The notes below the pieces were generated by a model. The model worked only from the letters and a program-made list of their open reading frames with translations. It did not search any database and had not been told where the DNA came from. Position numbers and translations under genes: made by a program. 64,000 bases of DNA from Ostreococcus lucimarinus (lineage: Eukaryota), in assembly GCA_000092065.1 (NCBI GenBank), contig CP000586.1. The stretch is one strand, 5' to 3'. The stretch's first letter is position 1. Each line of letters begins with the position of its first letter. Below are positions 57,681 through 64,000 of the stretch, in pieces.

Positions 57681-60600
57681 ATGCGCGATGCGCGACGCGA
57701 CGCGACGACGCGACGCGCGACGACGCGCGACGACGGCGACGCGCGCGACGGCGACGCGCGACGACGCGCGCGACGCGCGATGCGCGCGTCCGAACGCGTC
57801 GAACGGTCGGCGACGAGCGACACGACGACGACGGAGACGACGCGCGACGACGCGGATGCGAGCTCGCCGCGCGCGCGACGGAGCGAGTGGACGACGACGG
57901 CGACGACGGCGACGAGAGGACGAGGGTCGTCGTTCGTCGCGACCGCGCTCACGGGGCTGACGATCGAGGACGACGACGGACGACGAGGGATCGCGCGGGG
58001 ACGGCGCGCGCGAGGCGAGACGAGCGAAGAGACGCGAGGACGAGGAGACGCGAGGACGAGGACGTTTCGGACGTCGAACGAGGACGGAGACGAGGAGACG
58101 TTGGAGATTGAGAACGAGACGCTGACGCGACGCGCGGGGGGGGTGGTTCGCGGACGATGGTCGTGCGAAGAGAAGGCGACGGCGGCGACGCGGTGCGCGT
58201 TTAAAAGCGACGGCGAGCGGCGCGGGTGGTTTTGGTGCGCGTTGCATCGAGATTCGTTCAGCTTGTTCGGGGAAAACGGGGAGATGCGGAGAATGCCGAT
58301 CGGATTCGAGGCGTGCGCGCTCGCGGCGACGAGGGAGGGGGTGTTGTTCGTCGCGAGCGACGGCGGCGGCGTGGCGCTCGTCGCGCACGCGTTGGACGAA
58401 CCGACGCCCGTCGAGGGCTTGAGCGACGGCGTCTTCGTCGCTTGGAGCGATCCACAACGATCGGACGTGTTGTTTTACGCGCATTCGCGACGTGCGCTCG
58501 AGCTTTGGACGATCACGCTCGTGCCGGCGCGGAGCGAGACTGAATTCAGCGACGCCGTGCCAGAGTTTGTCAGTCGCGCGGATCTGCGTTGGAGCGAAGG
58601 CGTCGGAGATGATTTCGCCGCCGACGCGGCGACGTACAGTTTGGCGCACGACGAAAATGGGCGCGAAATTATTTTAGTGTCCGACAATGCGGCGCAACGC
58701 GTGTGCGGGCTGTACGTAGACGCGGATGCGCCGGGAGGACACAGAGCGAGCGGGGCGATTGAGGGGACGTCGGCGATGGGCGTTTCTGGCACGCGTAAGG
58801 GCGATGGAATGTTGGACACGCTCGTGGTGTGCGTCGACGGCACGCTCGCGCTTTGCATCGGCACGCACTTGTTGTGCAAACTCGACGCGACGACGCCAGA
58901 CGGCGAGTCGACAGCTGGCGACGTACAATTTCTATCCGACAGCGTCGGTTCCGGTGTGACCGTGCACACGAGTAGACGAGGCTCGATGCGTGTGCGCGTC
59001 CCAGGATCTCTCGCATCGCCGCACGCGCGCGCATTGTTCGCTGTTCTGCGCGAAGTGTGCTCGCAAGACGACTTTTTGGATATTTTGCGGCGCATGTACG
59101 CGAGCGAGTGCGTCGGCGCCGATGACGCCGAAGCCGAGTGGGCGTACTTCGTTCAAGTGCTGCAAGCGTGGTGCGAAGTCGCCGTCAAACCGAGAGCTGT
59201 ACACGAGCTCGACGATTGGGAGTTTTCGCAGCGGTTACTAAAAGTTGGTGTCGATTCCTTGAGTGCCCGAACATCGGACTCGAATGTGAACGCGACGCGG
59301 GCGAGCGTCGTTTTGGACGCCGTGCACACGATTTACGAAGCTTCGAAAGTGGATTTGCTGACACGCTGCATGTTAAAACCATTGCGAGAGTTTGCGATGT
59401 CGTTGGTCGACGCGATCGGAACGACTAGGGAAGCGTACGCAGATTATTACGCCCGAGATTCTGGCGCAAGTATCGCGCCTTTGAGCGTTGCGGCGGCACC
59501 ATTGCAGGTGCCAGATCTATTACGCGCCGTCGAAGGAATATTCACGGGGCAGTCAGATTTTCACACACTCGTACCGCCGCTCATACTCGCAGGACTCGAA
59601 GAAAACGCGCACGTCGATGCAAACACATTTGGTGGTGACGTCGTCGTGCGTGCTCGACGTGTTGTGAAATTGTGTCACGTGTCCACTCTTGGTGCGACGA
59701 ACTCTTCGACGTCTGGCGGAGCGCTTGCGTGCGCCATGGTGGACATGGGCTTCACGCTGGAGGATCTCGAGCGCCTACCGCCGGGCCTGTCGCTCCCATT
59801 CCACGGAATATTACGCCGTTGCCGCGACTCTCCCGCTAATGGATGGCCAGTTGAGGCGTACAAGCTCATCGGCCGCCAAGACTTGGCGCTGATGCATGGC
59901 GACGACGATTTCATTCGCGACGAAAGACAACGGCGGGTATCGCGCGCGCCGGCTGCGACGACGCGAATTCAACCCGATAGCGCATCTGTGTCTGATGGTC
60001 TAGAGCATCTTGAAGAATTCGTCGGTCCTCTTCGCTTTCCTAGGGATTATAGAATTCGCGAGCTTCGCTCCATTCTGAGCACCGCTACGCCGGTTCCTAT
60101 TCAGCTCGACGAAACCGAAGGTGCAGGCGGCGACGCCGAGCAAGGTTCACAACAGCAGTCAAAGTTGTGGTTGCTAGCGGCGAGAACTGCGGCCATGCCT
60201 GTCGGTCGAGGAGCGGCTTCTTTGGGCACAGTCATCGCGAAACCAACCGAGGCGCTCCTCGTCCCTACACTTTGCCTCGCCGGATGTTTGCCCACGCAGC
60301 AGTACGCTGTGGTCAATCTTGATCTCACCGCCGCAGACGCACCGAAAGATTTCGTGAATTGGCCAGAATTTCACAACGGCGCTGCGGCGGGCTTGGCGCT
60401 TCGATCGGACGACGACAGTGGAAAGCTCACTCGAGCGTGGATCGTGTTCAATCGACCCAAACTCCCGACGTTTTCGCACGCGGGTGTTTTAATGGCGTTC
60501 GGTTTGAATGGTCATTTATCGAGCTTGACAGCGACTGACTTGTACAGATATCTCGCGCAAGAACACGAAGCGACGACCGTTGGTACGCTACTAGGTGTTG

Positions 60601-63020
60601 CAGCGTCAAAACTCGGTACGGGTGATTCTGCGACGAGCAGAATGTGCTTTCTGCATCTGCCGACACGCCATCCAATGTCGTTTCCAGAAATCGAGCTCCC
60701 GTCGCTCGTGCAATCGTGCGCTCTCTTGTCTGTCGGTTTGCTTTATCAAGGCACAGCGCAGCGCTTGATCGTTGAAACACTACTCAGCGAGTTAGGAAAG
60801 TCGCCAGAAGGCGATGTCATCAACGGTCGAGAGTGCTACGCATTGTCTGCTGGCATTGCACTCGGCCTTGTCACGTTGGGACGAGGACACAGCGCGAGCG
60901 GGTTGTCAGATTTGCACATAGCCGAGAGATTGCGTCATTTCATCGTTGGTGGTGTCGCACGACATGTACCACCTCCCGGCGGTGTCCCATCTTCATCGGC
61001 AGCGCGCAAGTCTACGTCCGGCGCCGCTGGTTGGCAAGAGTCGTACCCTTCGGACGACGCTTGGACAAACTCTACTGGAGGCGTTGTAGAGGACCAGACG
61101 GCGTCCGTCGATGGTTATATTCTTGAAGGTTCGATGGTGAACGTCGATTTGTCGGCTCCCGGAGCTATCATGGCGCTCGGTTTGATGTATTTGAAGACGA
61201 ACGACGCCTCTGTATCGGCTCACCTTGAGATTCCATCGACGCACTACGGCCTTGACGACGCGCGGCCGGATTATGTCATGTTGCGAGTCGTTGCGAAGAG
61301 CTTGATCATGTGGGACACGGTAGAGCCAAGTGCAAGTTGGATCGAAGGGCTACTACCGCCGCTGTTGCGAGACGCGATGGATGTCAAATCTCCCGAGGAG
61401 CAGGAGGCGCAAAATGATTCCTCATGGCTCGGCGAAGCCGATCGCGAGGCGATCGCGCAGACGTATGTCAACGTTCTCGCGGGTGGTTGCATGTCGATCG
61501 GTTTGCGTTTTGCCGGTTCCAGTAATCCTGACGCATCTGCAACGCTTCGACATTATGCGTTCAAGTTTCTTGAGTGGAAAAAGAAAGTGGGCCAGGACGG
61601 TGGGGAACCTCTGGTGAACAAGTCGATGCTCGAAACGTGCATAGGCATCGTCGCAATGGCGTTATCGTGCGTGATGGCTGGAACCGGCGATTTACCCACG
61701 CTCAGACTTTTGCGGCATCTCCGCTCGCGAATGGAGACGAGCGCATCTGCGAACACTGGTTTGACGTATGGTGCGCACATGGCGATCGGTCTCGCGAATG
61801 GCTTCCTATTCCTCGGCGGCGGCGCGCAGACGTTTTCAACCGACGACGCGTCCATAGCTGCGTTGCTGATTTCGATGTTTCCACGGTTTCCATCCGACCC
61901 GAACGACAACAGATGGTACTGCCAGGCCTACCGCCACCTTTACGCTCTTGCTGCGAAAGATCGCTTGCTGCACACGATCGACGCTACGACGCTCCAACCG
62001 GTATCATCGCCGGTTGAAATTACGACGGTGATCTCGCAAGGGAAAGAGACAACTATGCAGCTTATCACACCGTGCCTGCTGCCCGATCCCGCAGCGCTCG
62101 CGAGTATCAAGATCATATCACCCAGGTACTGGTCCATACACCTTGATTTCGCACTCATGCACGCGGACACAAAGGACGCTTTGTACAAGCGCCGAAACAT
62201 TCCGATTCAAAGGCACACCGCGGCGCTTTCGTACGAAATCGATCGCACGGGAGCGAAGGCGCAACTCGCGACGGCACTACACGCAGCCGGCGCGCGAGCT
62301 GCCCTCAAGCCGCCGTCTGCGGAGGCGAGTATAGATCACAACACCGCACCCGTTGCGAATGCGACGGCGGCACGAGCAGGAAGAGATGCTGTGGACGTTT
62401 TCACCAGCGACGCGGTGCTGCTCGCGTTCGCGCGACACATGGGTGATGGTGCGAGCGATCGGGCTGGATTCACAGCCGCGGCGTTACGAGAGTGCATGCA
62501 TAGGGAAGTTCCCGACGCTCTACGAACATACGTCGATATGTACGCATCGTGTGAGGCGCTCATTCACTCCACGGAAAACAGTGAAGCACGAGCAAATGCG
62601 GCGGCGCTCGCGGTGAACGACTTGCGCCTGTTGAGTGCGTTCAGTGAATTATTGAAAAGATCCGGACTTGATGAGCACGACGTCGAAACCACGTTTCCCA
62701 TGCCGACATTACTAGTATCGTCCTTCAAACAGACGATTTCGCTTGTCCTTGATTCCAGATACGGCGACCAAACGGTTGGCTGCGCTCTCGCCAAGTACCT
62801 ACGCGGCGAAGGGTACGACGCGTCGATTGATACTTACGGTAGGTTTGGGTGTTATTTGCGTCTGTTAGACGTCCCCACACCTCGAGTTCTTCGTTCGGCG
62901 ATAGAGACGGGCATGAATCGACTGGGCGCGAGCGATTTGTCTGTCGCTTCGTTGAGAGCGTGTTTGCCGGATGCAGACCCGTCCACCGTTCTTCGAATCA
63001 TCGAAACGTGCCTCCCTTGA
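57681..63020 (+). CDS. APC1: Anaphase-promoting complex subunit 1 (APC1).
   Basis: Multiple blocks match human ANAPC1 by recall: LEDLERLPPGLSLPFHGILRRCRDSPANGWPVEAYKLIGRQDL versus LRDLETLPFGIALPIRDAIYHCREQPASDWPEAVCLLIGRQDL; AAMPVGRG; NWPEFHNGAAAGLAL...AWIVFNRPK...GVLMAFGLNGHLSSL...LLGVAASKLGT versus SWASFHNGVAAGLKI...AWIVYNKPK...GFLMALGLNGHLTKL...LLGVSAAKLGT; and C-terminal PC-repeat region. The first ~150 codons are low-complexity, so the true start is uncertain. Confidence 0.85.
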   Translation: MRDARRDATTRRATTRDDGDARDGDARRRARRAMRASERVERSATSDTTTTETTRDDADASSPRARRSEWTTTATTATRGRGSSFVATALTGLTIEDDDGRRGIARGRRARGETSEETRGRGDARTRTFRTSNEDGDEETLEIENETLTRRAGGVVRGRWSCEEKATAATRCAFKSDGERRGWFWCALHRDSFSLFGENGEMRRMPIGFEACALAATREGVLFVASDGGGVALVAHALDEPTPVEGLSDGVFVAWSDPQRSDVLFYAHSRRALELWTITLVPARSETEFSDAVPEFVSRADLRWSEGVGDDFAADAATYSLAHDENGREIILVSDNAAQRVCGLYVDADAPGGHRASGAIEGTSAMGVSGTRKGDGMLDTLVVCVDGTLALCIGTHLLCKLDATTPDGESTAGDVQFLSDSVGSGVTVHTSRRGSMRVRVPGSLASPHARALFAVLREVCSQDDFLDILRRMYASECVGADDAEAEWAYFVQVLQAWCEVAVKPRAVHELDDWEFSQRLLKVGVDSLSARTSDSNVNATRASVVLDAVHTIYEASKVDLLTRCMLKPLREFAMSLVDAIGTTREAYADYYARDSGASIAPLSVAAAPLQVPDLLRAVEGIFTGQSDFHTLVPPLILAGLEENAHVDANTFGGDVVVRARRVVKLCHVSTLGATNSSTSGGALACAMVDMGFTLEDLERLPPGLSLPFHGILRRCRDSPANGWPVEAYKLIGRQDLALMHGDDDFIRDERQRRVSRAPAATTRIQPDSASVSDGLEHLEEFVGPLRFPRDYRIRELRSILSTATPVPIQLDETEGAGGDAEQGSQQQSKLWLLAARTAAMPVGRGAASLGTVIAKPTEALLVPTLCLAGCLPTQQYAVVNLDLTAADAPKDFVNWPEFHNGAAAGLALRSDDDSGKLTRAWIVFNRPKLPTFSHAGVLMAFGLNGHLSSLTATDLYRYLAQEHEATTVGTLLGVAASKLGTGDSATSRMCFLHLPTRHPMSFPEIELPSLVQSCALLSVGLLYQGTAQRLIVETLLSELGKSPEGDVINGRECYALSAGIALGLVTLGRGHSASGLSDLHIAERLRHFIVGGVARHVPPPGGVPSSSAARKSTSGAAGWQESYPSDDAWTNSTGGVVEDQTASVDGYILEGSMVNVDLSAPGAIMALGLMYLKTNDASVSAHLEIPSTHYGLDDARPDYVMLRVVAKSLIMWDTVEPSASWIEGLLPPLLRDAMDVKSPEEQEAQNDSSWLGEADREAIAQTYVNVLAGGCMSIGLRFAGSSNPDASATLRHYAFKFLEWKKKVGQDGGEPLVNKSMLETCIGIVAMALSCVMAGTGDLPTLRLLRHLRSRMETSASANTGLTYGAHMAIGLANGFLFLGGGAQTFSTDDASIAALLISMFPRFPSDPNDNRWYCQAYRHLYALAAKDRLLHTIDATTLQPVSSPVEITTVISQGKETTMQLITPCLLPDPAALASIKIISPRYWSIHLDFALMHADTKDALYKRRNIPIQRHTAALSYEIDRTGAKAQLATALHAAGARAALKPPSAEASIDHNTAPVANATAARAGRDAVDVFTSDAVLLAFARHMGDGASDRAGFTAAALRECMHREVPDALRTYVDMYASCEALIHSTENSEARANAAALAVNDLRLLSAFSELLKRSGLDEHDVETTFPMPTLLVSSFKQTISLVLDSRYGDQTVGCALAKYLRGEGYDASIDTYGRFGCYLRLLDVPTPRVLRSAIETGMNRLGASDLSVASLRACLPDADPSTVLRIIETCLP

Positions 63021-63090
63021 GATTAGTTTAGCATTGATATTAGATTGATTACACACAAGCACAACAAGTAAATCCCTAATAGACTTGCCA

Positions 63091-63897
63091 TCACTGGGGA
63101 GCCTCGTCTTCGCTCGCGGGCGCGCTCTTCGCAACGACGCCGCACTTCATGAATTGGACTTTCCTGAAAGGCTTTCGGAACGCTTGTTCCGCGACGAGCG
63201 CTCGCTTATCCCCTATCGACTTCGCCACCGCAAAGAATGGCGAGCTCGTGTTATCTTTCACCGTCGGAAGCTGACTGATCTCCTCCAAAACCTCGTCTCC
63301 GCTCACGACTCGACCGACGACGACGTTCGTCGCGTCCAATTCCGGCGCCGCTCTCAACGTAATCGTAAACCCCGTCCCGTTCGGCGGCGGTGGCGGCGGA
63401 TCGTACACCGTCTCAAATTTCCCTCGCACACTCACCAACCGCGCCTTGGGTTCGGGCTCTGGCTCCGATGGATCTCTCCGCACGATCAAACTCACCAACC
63501 CGCGTTCGTCGTGCGATCTCTTGCCCAAATCCGGCAGCAGACGCTCCGCGGACGGCCCTCCCACGACGTCCACGCTCGCGTCCGAGCCCGGCGTCACGAA
63601 CTTTTCCACGCCATTATTCTTCAAATAAATCTCCACCGCATCGTCACCGTCGCCGGAGACTTCGATGTTATCGACCGTCGTTCGCCGATAAGACAAGCCG
63701 CCGACGCCTCGCGCGAGCTCGACGAATCGCCGACCGCTGAGCGTTCCCTCGTCCACCGCCACGACGATGCGTCCGAGCGGTTGGCCCTCGACCGCGATGT
63801 CGAAAAAGCACTCGGTGAAGTCCTCCGCGCGCGCGCGGCGCGGGGCGACGAGGAAGGGCGCGAGCGCGAGCGCGGTCGACACCGTTCGGCGGTGCAC
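63091..63897 (-). CDS. Cyclophilin-type peptidyl-prolyl cis-trans isomerase-like protein (divergent, with targeting-like N-terminus).
   Basis: CFFDIAVEGQPLGRIVV (compare cyclophilin VFFDIxIGGxxxGRIV), ...FVTPG..., and a C-terminal beta-barrel-like region (GRVVSGDEVLEEISQL). 268 aa; probably catalytically divergent (lumenal cyclophilin-like). Confidence 0.55.
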   Translation of the reverse strand: MHRRTVSTALALAPFLVAPRRARAEDFTECFFDIAVEGQPLGRIVVAVDEGTLSGRRFVELARGVGGLSYRRTTVDNIEVSGDGDDAVEIYLKNNGVEKFVTPGSDASVDVVGGPSAERLLPDLGKRSHDERGLVSLIVRRDPSEPEPEPKARLVSVRGKFETVYDPPPPPPNGTGFTITLRAAPELDATNVVVGRVVSGDEVLEEISQLPTVKDNTSSPFFAVAKSIGDKRALVAEQAFRKPFRKVQFMKCGVVAKSAPASEDEAPQ

Positions 63898-64000
63898 TCG
63901 CGCGGCGGCATCGGCGTCGTCGCGCGACGATGGAAGCCCGCGCGGCGCGGTGCGGCGGCGGTCGCTGGCGCGCGCGTGGACGCGCGCGCGATTCGGCGCG

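Noticed and set aside
56738-58649. Overlapping ORFs 56738-58111 (+), 56848-57960 (+), 56858-57952 (-) and 57267-58649 (-).
   Set aside because: Low-complexity Arg/Asp/Ser translations around the (GAC)n tract in the SAC9-like/APC1 divergent region. They are mutually exclusive with the homology-supported frames.
1-64000. Searched for rRNA, tRNA, transposon termini/TIRs, LTRs and prokaryotic operon structure.
   Set aside because: No cloverleaf-like tRNA candidates, rDNA-like conserved stretches, terminal inverted repeats or long direct repeats were recognised by eye beyond the paralogue blocks. Genes alternate strands and carry eukaryotic protein families, so no such features are reported.

Overview
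This window is very GC-rich (about 65-70%) and gene-dense, and reads as eukaryotic nuclear DNA rather than prokaryotic. Gene content (CFAP20-domain flagellar gene, PstS-like phosphate binder, TIC236/TamB-like chloroplast protein, organelle-type TrpRS, DA1-like and SAC9-like plant-lineage architectures) and composition point to a prasinophyte green alga, possibly Micromonas-like; this is an inference. I can support about 35 protein-coding genes on both strands, roughly one per 1.8 kb, with very short intergenic spacers. Several divergent gene pairs have start codons 35-90 bp apart, and several convergent pairs have only 34-46 bp between stop codons. Nearly all genes appear intronless. The one spliceosomal intron I can demonstrate is in a cytosolic-type prolyl-tRNA synthetase, at 22776-23040, with GTACGT at the 5' end, a TACTAAC branch point, and a 3' AG. 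Recognisable products are: exocyst Sec6; TIC236/TamB-like (DUF490); a short-chain dehydrogenase (SDR); bacterial-type TrpRS; Sec62; FAM98; a CFAP20-domain protein; DA1-like UIM-LIM-peptidase; ProRS; an actin-related protein; an organellar-type 5'-3' exonuclease; a Golgi-type sulfotransferase-like protein; a large HEAT-repeat protein; BRF1; a KAT-like aminotransferase; ATG10; an LYR-motif protein; MSH6; pyruvate dehydrogenase E1 beta carrying an N-terminal lipoyl domain; UMP1; two tandem GT25-like glycosyltransferase paralogues; an RCC1-repeat protein; SAC9-like (SAC phosphatase plus WW domain); APC1; and a cyclophilin. There are no rRNA, tRNA, CRISPR or transposon features I can support. The most notable observations are the alphaproteobacterial-style lipoyl-E1beta fusion, the tandem glycosyltransferase paralogues that share ~120-200 bp near-identical blocks (gene-conversion signature), the single TACTAAC intron (possible introner), and a PstS-like bacterial-type phosphate-binding protein in an algal nuclear context. 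Because of the GC content, long spurious ORFs are abundant on antisense strands and as N-terminal Arg/Ala/Ser-rich extensions; these are recorded as rejected.
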